Assembly (NCBI GenBank): GCA_963805625.1
Contig: CAWDVE010000017.1
Span: 640,001 to 704,000 of the forward strand
DNA length: 64,000 bases
Source of the DNA: an uncultured Candidatus Rokubacteria bacterium
GTDB taxonomy: Bacteria; Methylomirabilota; Methylomirabilia; Rokubacteriales; DASRDR01
Direction: 5' to 3'
The notes under the pieces were generated by a model, which saw only the letters and a program-made list of their open reading frames with translations, was not told the origin of the DNA and ran no database searches. A program made the translations under genes and the position numbers. Every line of letters begins with the position of its first letter. Position 1 is the first letter of the stretch. This document shows positions 1-10,935 of the stretch, in pieces.

Positions 1-2028
<2,028 letters not shown>

Positions 2029-2032
<4 letters not shown>

Positions 2033-3051
2033 TTCCCCGAGCCGGTGCCGACCGGCTCGGTCAGGCGGTCCAGCCACGGGGGCCTGATGCCCAGGCGCTC
2101 GAGGCTCTCGACCACCCGGCGCGGCGATCCCCAGTCACACCAGGTCACGCCGGTCAGTGTCGTGACGGCGAGCATCGGGGTCAGGTTCTGCAAGACGTCG
2201 CGCGAGAAGTTGCCCACGGGGATTGCCGCGCTCACCCGCCGAATGGCTTCGGTTCGAGCTCCGCGTCCGACGGCATGCACCATGCGCTCGAGGCCGGAGT
2301 GGATCCGGGGGACGCACCGCCGGCCGGCCTCGACGAGGGTCCTCGCCTTGGCCACGAACACAAAGGTGTTCCACGATGCCCCGGCTGCCAGGCACGCGTG
2401 CGCTGCGTCCGGGGACGGTTTCTCGACGAATCGATGGACCGCCCGGACCTGGATCCCGCCGGCGCGGCCGAGCGTCGGCCCCGGCTCGATCCACCCGTAC
2501 TCCGTTTCCGCGGCCGTGGCCGGGACCCCCAGAAGGACGATGCGCCCGAAGTTCTCGTCCACGAAGGCGGCTGCCTGGGCGACCTGGGTCATGAAAGCCT
2601 CTTCCTCCAGGACGAGGTGGTCCGACGGAAACACGGCCACGGTGGCGCCGGGAGCCCGTCTCAGAATCCAGTGAGCCGGCAGGAGCACGCCCGCGGCCGT
2701 TCCGCGGTCGGCCGACTGAAGCAGGATGGTCGCGCCATGGCCGGGCATCGACCCCGCCAAGTGGGCTGCGTGGCTCTCGACACTGACGACAACGGTCCGC
2801 TGGGCGGGGATGCGGAGCGCCGCACGGTCCAGGGTCCGCTGGAGCAGGGAGCGGGATCCCGTCAGCGTCACATATTGCTTGGGCCGTTCGTCCCCGCAGA
2901 TGACACGCGTGAGAGGCCGGAGACGAATCCCCTCGCCACCGGCGAGGACGATCCCCCAGAGCTCCGCGGGAGGTGAGGCGAGCGGTGGGGACCCCGACGC
3001 GGCGTAGGTCTCGGGTCTGGCATAGGACGCGACCGCGGTGGGAGGAGTCAT
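2029..3051 (-). CDS. Sugar-phosphate nucleotidyltransferase (mannose-1-phosphate guanylyltransferase-like)
   Basis: Motifs [14 protein letters not shown]...RPKQY, DRGTA, FPSDH, EYGWIE, FVEKP and WCDWG. Start chosen at ATG 3051, just downstream of a sigma54 motif. Confidence 0.88.
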
Positions 3052-3063
3052 GCTGGACGCGGA

Positions 3064-3079
3064 TGCAACGCTGATTCCA
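3064..3079 (-). promoter_or_regulatory. sigma54 -24/-12 promoter
   Basis: Minus strand TGGAAT-CAGCG-TTGCA (GG-N10-GC), upstream of the nucleotidyltransferase-glgX unit. Confidence 0.75.
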
Positions 3080-3182
3080 CGGGATTTCGCCATCCCGCTG
3101 GAGAGACCTGTCGTGAATTTCGTGCAGCAACGCCAATCGCGAATCGGATCGACGCCGGCTAGAGTCCGCAGCTTGAATCCGA

Positions 3183-3214
3183 CGACATCATGTCGCGTGG
3201 GCGACATCCTGACG
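3183..3214. promoter_or_regulatory. 32-bp palindromic enhancer candidate, copy 1
   Basis: CGACA-tca-TGTCGC-gtgg-GCGACA-tcc-TGACG, centred about 146 bp upstream of the predicted start site. Confidence 0.75.
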
Positions 3215-3280
3215 GCGCCGGGCGACGCGACAGTCGTCGGATTTCGAGCTGGCGAGACTATCCCGCGCGGGTTACCGAGT

Positions 3281-3412
3281 TCAAGCGGATGGCCCCTTGG
3301 CGCACTCTGGACACACCTCCCTCTCGCTGTCGTACGCGATACCGTGCGCCTTACACCGAACCATTTGGACCTCGGAGCCCTTCGCCGGCTGGCTAGGCGT
3401 CGGGGTTGTCAC
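3281..3412 (-). CDS. Small hypothetical protein with CxxH...CxxC motif (43 aa)
   Basis: GTG start; sequence TTPTPSQPAKGSEVQMVRCKAHGIAYDSEREVCPECAKGPSA; co-oriented with neighbours. Confidence 0.5.
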   Translation of the reverse strand: MTTPTPSQPAKGSEVQMVRCKAHGIAYDSEREVCPECAKGPSA

Positions 3413-3491
3413 GGGGCAGGGTGGACAGGGTGTCCCCGCACCGGCGGAGGGCATCACACGACCCGGCGGCATGGACCGTGCACCCCTGCCG

Positions 3492-3803
3492 TCAGTTGTG
3501 ACGCCACTGCCCATCGACCCACACCGAGCCAGTCGCCTGTGTCTCCCAGTGGCCCGGCACCCAGACGAAGCCCTGTGGGGGGATGGTCCAATGTCCCGGC
3601 ACCCAGACGTACGTCCGGCTGGCCGGCTGCCACGTGTAGGACCCGGGGACCCAGACGTAGCTCGGGCCGGGCTGCGCCGGCACCGCTTCCACGGGAGCCG
3701 CGGGCGGCGGTGGCGGGGCCTGCATCGTCCTGGGCGGCATGTAGCAGCCGCCCAGGAGCAGGAGCGACATCAGGAGCCCTTCCAGGATGGACCGACTCTT
3801 CAT
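3492..3803 (-). CDS. YXWGXW (WXXGXW) repeat lipoprotein
   Basis: Lipobox LLGGC, Pro-rich linker, repeats YVWVPGSYTW / YVWVPGHW / FVWVPGHW / VWVDGQW. Confidence 0.88.
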   Translation of the reverse strand: MKSRSILEGLLMSLLLLGGCYMPPRTMQAPPPPPAAPVEAVPAQPGPSYVWVPGSYTWQPASRTYVWVPGHWTIPPQGFVWVPGHWETQATGSVWVDGQWRHN

Positions 3804-3966
3804 ATTCTGCTCCGTCCGTACTCGCGCGTTCGGTCGATCGAACGAGCGAGGCTGGCTGCGTCGTCAACGTTCGCCGCCCTCTTCCCCGCTACAGGCGATG
3901 CTGCGGTTCATGCGCTTCGTTCTCCCTGGCACTCGATCGATCCGCACCTTCTGAGTGGGCGAGCGG

Positions 3967-3982
3967 AGCAAGGCACGTGCCA
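3967..3982 (-). promoter_or_regulatory. sigma54 -24/-12 promoter
   Basis: Minus strand TGGCAC-GTGCC-TTGCT, a perfect consensus match. Confidence 0.85.
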
Positions 3983-4056
3983 GTGGAGTCGCCGCCCCGC
4001 ATGTGTCCGCGTGCGGCAACTACCCGCGAAATCGATGAGAATGCCTCGAGGCTCAA

Positions 4057-4088
4057 CGCCACCCTGTCGCCCGCACGCCGGGCTGTCG
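4057..4088. promoter_or_regulatory. 32-bp palindromic enhancer candidate, copy 2 (degenerate)
   Basis: CGCCA-ccc-TGTCGC-ccgc-ACGCCG-ggc-TGTCG, about 117 bp upstream of the predicted start of the 3967 promoter and just upstream of the kinase gene. Confidence 0.55.
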
Positions 4089-4119
4089 CGCGTCGGACGC
4101 GTGCTAAACTGAGGCCCCC

Positions 4120-5598
4120 GTGGGGCTGAGACTTCGCCTGTTCCTACTCCTCCTCGTGCCGATGGTGCTGGTCGTCGCCCTCTTCGCATACGTTCTAGTC
4201 CAGGATGAGCGCGCCCAGCGGCGGGCGGAGTTCGACCTGCGCGTGAGCGTCACGAGCGCGGCGATCCGACTCGCGGTGGAGAACGCGCTTCGCAGCGGCA
4301 CGCCGGTCGACGTGGAGCGTCTGGCCCGTGATCTGGTCGTAAAGCAAACCGAGATCGTCCGGATCCGATTGCTCGACCGGAGCCTTTCGCCACGCGTCGA
4401 CGCGAACCTTCTCACCGGCGACCCCGGCGTGCCCCTCGATCGACATCGCCAGGTCCGGGACACGGGCCAGCCTGCGGTCGTGGAGCACCAGAGTGGCGGC
4501 ATCCGGCTCCACACGATGCTGCTCCCGGTCCGGTCCTCCGGGAACGACGAAGGGGTGCTCGAGATCGCCTTCATCGCGGGCCGCCTGGAGGCCGAACTTC
4601 TGGGCGAGAGCTACAAGATCGCGCTGCGGGGCGGTGTCCTCGTCCTCTTGCTGGGCCTCGTTGTCTGGGTGGCCCTGCAGCGCCTCGTGTTCCGGCCGGT
4701 CGCCGACCTGATGCAGGGCATCGAGCGTGTCGCGGCCGGCGAGTCCCGCGCGCCCGTCCCGGTCCGGAGCCGCGACGAGCTGGGGAAGGTGGCGGCGGCC
4801 TTCAACCGGATGACAGAACGGCTGGAGGACGCTCGCGGGCGGGCGGAGACCGAGACGGACCGGTCGCTCGAGCTCATGCGCCGGCTACGACAGACCGAGT
4901 CGCTCGCGATCGCCGGCAAGCTCTGCTCGAGCATGGCCCACGAGGTGGGGACGCCGCTCAACATCATCGCCGGGCGCGCCGAGCTGACACTCCGCGCGCT
5001 GCCAACGGACTCGCCGCTCCGCGAAGACCTCAACGTCATCATCACCCAGATCGACCGGATCTCCCGGATGATCCGTGCGGCCCTGGATCCCTTCCGCCAG
5101 CGAGAGCCCGAGCGAGCGGCTGTCGCGCCCGCGTCGGTCACGGACGCGCTGCGGCCGCTTCTCCAGCACTTCGCCAAGGGTCGCGGCGTGACCCTCGCGG
5201 TCTCGATCCCGCCGGCCCTTCCGCAGGTGTGCGTCGACCCCGGGCACCTCCAGCAGGTCCTGATCAACCTCCTGACGAACGCCATCGAAGCGACTCCGGC
5301 GGGGGGGCGGGTCGAGGTCAAGGGTGCCCGCCGGGCCGACGAAGGTCGGCCCGGCGTTGTCATCACGGTGCGGGACACGGGCGCAGGGATCCCGGAGAAC
5401 GTCCTACCCCGGATCTTCGATCCCTTCTTCAGCACCAAGCCCGCTCGCGAAGGGGCCGGTCTCGGCCTCGCCATCTGTCGGGACCTCGTGAGGTCAAATG
5501 GAAGCGAGATCCACGTGGCGAGCACGCCCGGCGAGGGCACCACCTTCACCGTCTGGCTTCCAGAGGCCGGGCCTGAAGACAGGAAGGAGCAGTCATGA
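4120..5598 (+). CDS. Membrane sensor histidine kinase with HAMP domain
   Basis: Two TM segments, HAMP (SRDELGKVAAAFNRM), H-box AHEVGTPLN, N-box NLLTNAIEA, G boxes DTGAGI, FFSTK, GAGLGL. Confidence 0.95.
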   Translation: MGLRLRLFLLLLVPMVLVVALFAYVLVQDERAQRRAEFDLRVSVTSAAIRLAVENALRSGTPVDVERLARDLVVKQTEIVRIRLLDRSLSPRVDANLLTGDPGVPLDRHRQVRDTGQPAVVEHQSGGIRLHTMLLPVRSSGNDEGVLEIAFIAGRLEAELLGESYKIALRGGVLVLLLGLVVWVALQRLVFRPVADLMQGIERVAAGESRAPVPVRSRDELGKVAAAFNRMTERLEDARGRAETETDRSLELMRRLRQTESLAIAGKLCSSMAHEVGTPLNIIAGRAELTLRALPTDSPLREDLNVIITQIDRISRMIRAALDPFRQREPERAAVAPASVTDALRPLLQHFAKGRGVTLAVSIPPALPQVCVDPGHLQQVLINLLTNAIEATPAGGRVEVKGARRADEGRPGVVITVRDTGAGIPENVLPRIFDPFFSTKPAREGAGLGLAICRDLVRSNGSEIHVASTPGEGTTFTVWLPEAGPEDRKEQS

Positions 5599-6962
5599 AG
5601 CCCCGAATCCTCGTGGTGGACAACGATCCCGATATGGTGGCGCTTCTCCGGCGTCATCTGGAGGTGGAAGGCTGGGCGGTGACGGCCGTGACGGGAGGGG
5701 AGGACGCCCAGACCGCGCTCGGGCGCGAGGAGTACGCGGTCGTCCTGACTGACCTCGTCATGGAGCCGGTGGACGGCCTGGCCGTGCTTCGAGAGGCCCA
5801 GCGCGTCCAGCCACGGGCGCGCGTGATCCTCATGACCGCGTTCGGGAGCCTCGAGAGCGCGATCGATGCCATGCGTCAGGGCGCGTACGACTACCTGACC
5901 AAGCCCTTCAAGCTTCCGGAGCTGTCGCTGGTCGTCAAGCGGGCCGTGGAGGACCAGCAGATCCGGGAGGAAAACCGTCGGCTCCGGGCCGAGGTCGAGC
6001 GCCGCTACAGCTTCGACAATATCCTCGGCCGGTCGAAGGCGATGGAGGCCGTGTTCGAGCAGATCCGGGTGGTGGCGGACACCGATGCTCCGGTCCTGCT
6101 CCTGGGCGACAGCGGCTCGGGCAAGGAGCTCGTGTCGCGGGCGATCCACTGGCACAGCGGCCGGCGCGAGGGTCGGTTCGTCGCCGTCAACTGTGCGGCC
6201 ATTCCTGAGACCCTGCTGGAATCCGAGCTGTTTGGCCACGAGAGGGGAGCCTTCACCGGCGCTGACCGGAAGCGGCGGGGCCTCTTCGTTGAGGCCCAGG
6301 GTGGCACCCTCCTTCTCGATGAGATCGCCGAGATGCCCCAGTCACTGCAGGTCAAACTGCTCCGTGCCCTCCAGGACCGCGTCGTCCGGCCTGTGGGCGG
6401 CAACGAGGAGATCAAGGTGGATCTGCGTCTCATCAGCGCGACCAACCGGGATCTGCCGGCCTTCGTGCGGCAGGGGAAGTTCCGGGAGGACCTCTACTAC
6501 CGTCTGGCCGTCATCCCCATCCGGATCCCCAGCCTCAAGGAACGGCCGGAGGACATCCCGCTTCTCGCCGAGCACTTCCTGAAGCGGGCGGCGGCCGGGA
6601 TGGGCAAGGAGATCGAAGGCTTTGACGAGGAGGCACTCAAGTGGCTCCTCGAGCACAACTGGCCGGGGAACGTCCGCGAGTTGGAGAACGTCGTCGAGCG
6701 GGCGGCGACCCTCGCCAAGGGCCGGCACATCACGCGGGACGACCTCCGGATCGAGTTCACCCCCGGCTCGACCGGCGAGCTGGGGGTGCGCCCATCCCTG
6801 GCCGAGGTGGAGAGCCAGTACATCCGCCGCGTCCTCGACGAGGTCCGAGGCGACAAGCGGGCCGCGGCCCGTATCCTCGGGATCAGCGTACGGACACTTC
6901 AGCGGATGCAGGCCAACATGATGCGCGTGGGCCCAGGGTTCACGGACCAGCAGTCGTCATGA
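5595..6962 (+). CDS. sigma54-dependent response regulator / enhancer-binding protein (NtrC/AtoC family)
   Basis: REC domain, Walker A GDSGSGKE, GAFTGA loop, LLLDEI, WPGNVRELEN, and a C-terminal Fis-type HTH (AAARILGISVRTL). Confidence 0.96.
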   Translation: MKPRILVVDNDPDMVALLRRHLEVEGWAVTAVTGGEDAQTALGREEYAVVLTDLVMEPVDGLAVLREAQRVQPRARVILMTAFGSLESAIDAMRQGAYDYLTKPFKLPELSLVVKRAVEDQQIREENRRLRAEVERRYSFDNILGRSKAMEAVFEQIRVVADTDAPVLLLGDSGSGKELVSRAIHWHSGRREGRFVAVNCAAIPETLLESELFGHERGAFTGADRKRRGLFVEAQGGTLLLDEIAEMPQSLQVKLLRALQDRVVRPVGGNEEIKVDLRLISATNRDLPAFVRQGKFREDLYYRLAVIPIRIPSLKERPEDIPLLAEHFLKRAAAGMGKEIEGFDEEALKWLLEHNWPGNVRELENVVERAATLAKGRHITRDDLRIEFTPGSTGELGVRPSLAEVESQYIRRVLDEVRGDKRAAARILGISVRTLQRMQANMMRVGPGFTDQQSS

Positions 6963-6964
6963 TC

Positions 6965-6980
6965 TGGCACGCGCTTTGCT
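6965..6980 (+). promoter_or_regulatory. sigma54 -24/-12 promoter
   Basis: TGGCAC-GCGCT-TTGCT, a perfect consensus match immediately after the regulator stop codon. Confidence 0.85.
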
Positions 6981-7028
6981 ACATTCAGTGGCATGGGAGT
7001 CTCCTGGTTCGGCAGAAGGGAGGTAGTC

Positions 7029-7442
7029 GTGCGTGAGGCCGACGACCGTCCGGGGCCGACCGCGCGGGTGCTCGTCGTCGATGACGACGACGAGATGCGG
7101 GCTCTCCTGCGCAGAACGCTCGAAGCCGACGGATTCCAGGTGACGGAGCGGGATCGTGGCACGCGCGTGGTGGAGACGCTCCGCGGGGCGCCGTTCGATC
7201 TGATCATCCTGGACAAGGAGATGCCTGGGCTCACTGGTCTCGACCTCCTGCCGGTGCTGCATCGCGAGTTTCCGCAGGTGCCCGTGGTGCTCGTGACCGC
7301 GTTCGGCGGCGGTCAGGTCGCGGCGAGCGCGCTGCGGCTCGGCGCGGCCAGCTATCTCGAGAAACCCTTCAAACTCGGGCAGCTCCGCGATGCCATCGAT
7401 GGCCTCGTCTCGCGGTCAGGAGACGAGCCCCGAGCGAGCTGA
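7029..7442 (+). CDS. Single-domain response regulator receiver protein
   Basis: VLVVDDD, DLIILDKEMPGLTG, VTAFG, YLEKPF. GTG start after an AGGGAGG RBS. Confidence 0.9.
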   Translation: MREADDRPGPTARVLVVDDDDEMRALLRRTLEADGFQVTERDRGTRVVETLRGAPFDLIILDKEMPGLTGLDLLPVLHREFPQVPVVLVTAFGGGQVAASALRLGAASYLEKPFKLGQLRDAIDGLVSRSGDEPRAS

Positions 7443-7454
7443 CAGGCACGCCCC

Positions 7455-8393
7455 GTGCCGCGAAATCTCGCTGTGAACGCGGCGAGCTTCCCCCCGGAGG
7501 GTGCGGCCTTGGCCGGGTCCGATGCCGCCCTCGACCAGGAAACGCGGCGTGTGTATCTCGAGGCGCTGGCAGCGCTCCGCCAGGGCGGCGTGGAGTTCCT
7601 GATCGGTGGAGCTCACGCTCTCGCCCCGTACACCGGCATTGTCCGGGACACGAAGGACCTGGACGTCTTCCTCCGGAAGGAGGACTGCGAGTCGGCGCTC
7701 GCCGTGCTTGGTGAGGCCGGCTTCGCGACCGAGCTCACGTTCCCGCACTGGCTGGGCAAGGCGTATGCCGGGGATCGCTTCATCGATCTCATCTTCGGCG
7801 CGGGCAACGGCGTTGCCATGGTCGACGACCTCTGGTTCACGCATGCCGCCCCCGGCCGTGTGCTCGGTGTCCCGGTCCGGCTCTGCCCGCCCGAGGAGAT
7901 GATCTGGTCCAAGGCTTTCATCATGGAGCGCGAACGTTACGACGGTGCCGACGTCGCCCACCTGATGCTGGCCTGCGGGGGGGAGCTGGACTGGCGCCGG
8001 CTACTGTGGCGCTTCGGCGGGCGGTGGCGCGTGCTCTTGAGCCACCTCGTCCTCTTTGGCTTCATCTATCCGGGCGAGCGAGCCGTCATCCCCGACGCGG
8101 TGATGGCCCATCTCCTGCACCGGCTCGACCGGGAGCGAGTCGGGGCACAGGACGCCCGCGTGTGCGATGGGACCTTGCTCTCCCGGCAGCAGTACCTGTT
8201 CGACGTCACCGGACGCGGGTACTCGGACGGCCGCCTCACACCCCGCGGCGAGATGACGGCGGCCGAGGTCGCACACTGGACGGCGGCGATCCCGACGAGT
8301 CCCGCGTCTCCACTGCCGGATCTGCCCCCCGGTCTCTCCGTCATCCGTCGGAATGGACGTCCGGCTCCCCGTGCGCGTCGCCGCCGTCGGTGA
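7455..8393 (+). CDS. Nucleotidyltransferase family protein (Pol-beta-like superfamily)
   Basis: FLIGGAHAL...RDTKDLDVF (GG...DxD signature), ERERYDGADV. The 3' end may be extended by an indel. Confidence 0.82.
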   Translation: MPRNLAVNAASFPPEGAALAGSDAALDQETRRVYLEALAALRQGGVEFLIGGAHALAPYTGIVRDTKDLDVFLRKEDCESALAVLGEAGFATELTFPHWLGKAYAGDRFIDLIFGAGNGVAMVDDLWFTHAAPGRVLGVPVRLCPPEEMIWSKAFIMERERYDGADVAHLMLACGGELDWRRLLWRFGGRWRVLLSHLVLFGFIYPGERAVIPDAVMAHLLHRLDRERVGAQDARVCDGTLLSRQQYLFDVTGRGYSDGRLTPRGEMTAAEVAHWTAAIPTSPASPLPDLPPGLSVIRRNGRPAPRARRRRR

Positions 8394-9105
8394 TCTGCAC
8401 TGTACGAAGACGTCGCAGGGGGCGTTCCAGCCCCTCTTCGCCGCCGCGAGTGCGAACGCCGACGTCCTGCTACTGTGCGGGGATCTCACGGACTACGGGC
8501 TTCCGGAGGAGGCGCGCGTGCTAGCGCGCGAGCTGGGCACGGCGCTCCGCATCCCGGCGGTCGGAGTCCTCGGCAACCACGACTACGAGTCGGGACAGCA
8601 CGAGGAGGTCGTGCAGATCCTCCGGGACGCCGGCGTCGTCATCCTCGACGGAGACGGGTGCGAGGTCGCGGGCCTCGGCATCGGGGGCGTGAAGGGGCTC
8701 GGTGGCGGCTTCGGGGAACGGGCGCTTCAGCCGTGGGGCGAGGACATCATGAAGCGCTTCGTCCGGGAGACGGTGGACGAAGCGCTCAAGCTCGAGTCCG
8801 CCCTCGCCCGCCTCCGCACGCCCCAGCGGGTGGCGCTCCTGCACTACTCGCCGATACAGGCCACGGTGGAGGGAGAGCCGCCCGAGCTGTACCCGTTCCT
8901 GGGGTCGAGCCGGCTCGAGGAGCCGCTGAACCGGTATCCGGTGAGCCTCGTCTTCCATGGCCACGCGCATCGCGGCCAGGCGGAAGGCCGGACGCGCGGC
9001 GGGGTCCCGGTGTACAACGTGTGCCTGCCAGCTTCTCCGCGATCTCGATCCGGAGCAGCCGCCCGTCCGGATCGTCGAGCTGCCCGCCGCGTCCGCGCCG
9101 GATGA
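8353..9105 (+). CDS. Calcineurin-like metallophosphoesterase (probable indel near 9028)
   Basis: Motifs VGDLH, CGDLTD, LGNHD, LLHY, FHGHAH. A more plausible C-terminus (QLLRDLDPEQPPVRIVEL) lies in another frame. Confidence 0.9.
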   Translation: MDVRLPVRVAAVGDLHCTKTSQGAFQPLFAAASANADVLLLCGDLTDYGLPEEARVLARELGTALRIPAVGVLGNHDYESGQHEEVVQILRDAGVVILDGDGCEVAGLGIGGVKGLGGGFGERALQPWGEDIMKRFVRETVDEALKLESALARLRTPQRVALLHYSPIQATVEGEPPELYPFLGSSRLEEPLNRYPVSLVFHGHAHRGQAEGRTRGGVPVYNVCLPASPRSRSGAAARPDRRAARRVRAG

Positions 9106-9119
9106 TCAGCCCGCGGTGC

Positions 9120-9540
9120 GGGCTCAGCCCTTCGCGTCAGCTCGAGTGACCCGAACCGGGCCGGCACGTCCGGGCCGCCGGCGAACTCCCCCGTGAGTCG
9201 ACGGCCGGACTCGAGCGTCAGCACCAGCGCGCCGCCTCCGACCAGGTCGAAGAAGAGGCCCCGGCGCGTGAGCCGTCCTTCACGGCGCACCGTGTCCGAG
9301 AGGCCTCCGTCGACGAAGGTCACCTGGGCGACGACGGTGGGGAGACCCGGCTCCCGGGCGAAGATCATCTCGACGGCGCCGCCGCGCGTCCCGTCGTCCG
9401 CGGTCCACCGTCCGGTCCACACCCCGACCAGGTCATCCGACCGCGCGGGGGCAGCGGGGGCGGCCGGGGACGTTCGAGCCGCGGGCCCCGCCACGGCGAA
9501 CGCCGCGAGGGAGAGACGCGGGGATGATTCGCAGTCGCAT
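9120..9540 (-). CDS. Hypothetical exported protein (frameshifted)
   Basis: ATG at 9540 with GGAGG RBS and a hydrophobic leader broken by an indel; core DDLVGVWTGRW...FGSLELTR. The end is approximate. Confidence 0.55.
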
Positions 9541-9579
9541 GGTCTGCCTCCAGAGTCCGCGGGGTGGCGCGGCTCGCCG

Positions 9580-9750
9580 TCACTGGCCCTTGCGGTGGCC
9601 CTTCCGCGCGTGCTGCTTCAGGACTGTCCGCGCCGCCACCTCGGCGGCTCGCCGGCCGTAGCGGCCCTCCTTCTGCGCCTGTTCCTTGATGTGCTCGTAC
9701 TGCCGCTGCTCCTTCGCACCCACCCCTTGGAGATGCCGTCGTCCGGGCAT
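9580..9750 (-). CDS. Small basic protein of the RQYEHIKE...AARTV family (56 aa; not in the ORF track)
   Basis: Manual translation MPGRRHLQGVGAKEQRQYEHIKEQAQKEGRYGRRAAEVAARTVLKQHARKGHRKGQ; GGAGG RBS. Confidence 0.8.
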   Translation of the reverse strand: MPGRRHLQGVGAKEQRQYEHIKEQAQKEGRYGRRAAEVAARTVLKQHARKGHRKGQ

Positions 9751-9771
9751 GGATTCGTCCTCCGTTCTCGC

Positions 9772-10002
9772 TCAGGCGCGAAGCTGTGACACCCCGACCT
9801 TGCGCGCGCAGTGGGCGCAGCAGTACAGGCGGCCCTCCGAGTCTTCCACTCCGTGGCCGATGATCCGGCACCCGCAGTGATCGCAGGTGGGCGCCAGCAG
9901 ATGAATGGCACACTCGAAGCAGTCGAAGGTGTGCCGGCGCCCCCAGGCGTCTATCGACAGGGTCTTGTCATAGTCGTTTCCGCAGACGTCACATCGAGCC
10001 AT
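9772..10002 (-). CDS. Prokaryotic metallothionein-like Cys-rich protein
   Basis: CDVC...FDCFECAIH..APTCDHCGCRIIGHG...YCCAHCA. Confidence 0.85.
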   Translation of the reverse strand: MARCDVCGNDYDKTLSIDAWGRRHTFDCFECAIHLLAPTCDHCGCRIIGHGVEDSEGRLYCCAHCARKVGVSQLRA

Positions 10003-10444
10003 CTCGGACCTCCTCGACGTCGATGAGAGCCAGCTTCGACCGGGGGTCGAAGCGCCGCCGCAGGTGCCCGGGCGGCTGGATCAGGATGACCTCCAGGGTT
10101 GGCCGGACGCGCGCCTCCAGGAGGTGTCCACCGTGCGCTGTCCCGTCGCGCTTGCCCACGACGACGTGCGCGTGAACCTTGGGGACGGCGCCCTCGAGCG
10201 CCACGTCCCCCACCAGGGACAGCACCTCGACCTGCTCGCGGATGGCGACCCGTACGTAGTCCTTCTGGGACCAGTCGAAATAGCCCAGCGCCACGTGCTC
10301 GAAGGCGCCGATCGCCGTGAAGTGCCCCGACGTGAGCCGCTCGCGCTTCGCGAAATCGAGGAGGCCCTGCATGGGCTCCTCGCCGGCCTCGAACACGAGG
10401 GCGATCGTGCGGGTGCCGTCAGCGTGCAGGACCTTCGCCTTCAT
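9989..10444 (-). CDS. PPC domain (DUF296) protein
   Basis: FTAIG, EVLSLVG, HAHVVVG, GGHL, TLEV motifs. Confidence 0.9.
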   Translation of the reverse strand: MKAKVLHADGTRTIALVFEAGEEPMQGLLDFAKRERLTSGHFTAIGAFEHVALGYFDWSQKDYVRVAIREQVEVLSLVGDVALEGAVPKVHAHVVVGKRDGTAHGGHLLEARVRPTLEVILIQPPGHLRRRFDPRSKLALIDVEEVRDGSM

Positions 10445-10474
10445 GAGGTCTTCATGGTCTGACGGGTCGCGCCG

Positions 10475-10726
10475 TCAGGCGGCACCCGTGAGGCCAGTCT
10501 CGCGCTCGAGCATCTCCCGCACCACCCACAGCCGGCCGCACGTGCCGCACAGCACCCCGGGGCCCAAGCGGCGCGTGACGAGCCCGTCGCAGTGACGGCA
10601 CCGGCCACTCACGTCCGTGGCCCGGTCGAACGTCACGTGCGCGTCCGACCAGCGACGCGCCCGTTCCAGAAGGGCTTCAGGGCCGTAGGGGTCGCGACCT
10701 CGGCGGGAGCGCGGGTGCCGGGGCAT
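10475..10726 (-). CDS. Hypothetical zinc-ribbon protein
   Basis: CRHC...CGTC; AAGGAG RBS; first gene after a sigma54 promoter. Confidence 0.65.
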   Translation of the reverse strand: MPRHPRSRRGRDPYGPEALLERARRWSDAHVTFDRATDVSGRCRHCDGLVTRRLGPGVLCGTCGRLWVVREMLERETGLTGAA

Positions 10727-10782
10727 CGGGTGTCTCCTTTCGCTAGGGGACCGACACGTTTCATCGTCGACACCCTGGAGTG

Positions 10783-10798
10783 AGCAAGCTCTGTGCCG
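10783..10798 (-). promoter_or_regulatory. sigma54 -24/-12 promoter
   Basis: Minus strand CGGCAC-AGAGC-TTGCT. Confidence 0.8.
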
Positions 10799-10886
10799 GA
10801 CAGCGATCCCGGCCTCAATTCGCGAGGATCAGCGGATCTCTGGTCGAGGGGACAGGCCTCACGCTCGATGCGTGCGGGGGAGGCGC

Positions 10887-10918
10887 CGACACGGTGTCGT
10901 CCCTCCGACAGCCTGACG
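10887..10918. promoter_or_regulatory. 32-bp palindromic enhancer candidate, copy 3
   Basis: CGACA-cgg-TGTCGT-ccct-CCGACA-gcc-TGACG, about 131 bp upstream of the predicted start site. Confidence 0.72.
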
Positions 10919-10935
10919 CGGGAAAGGATCCGCGA

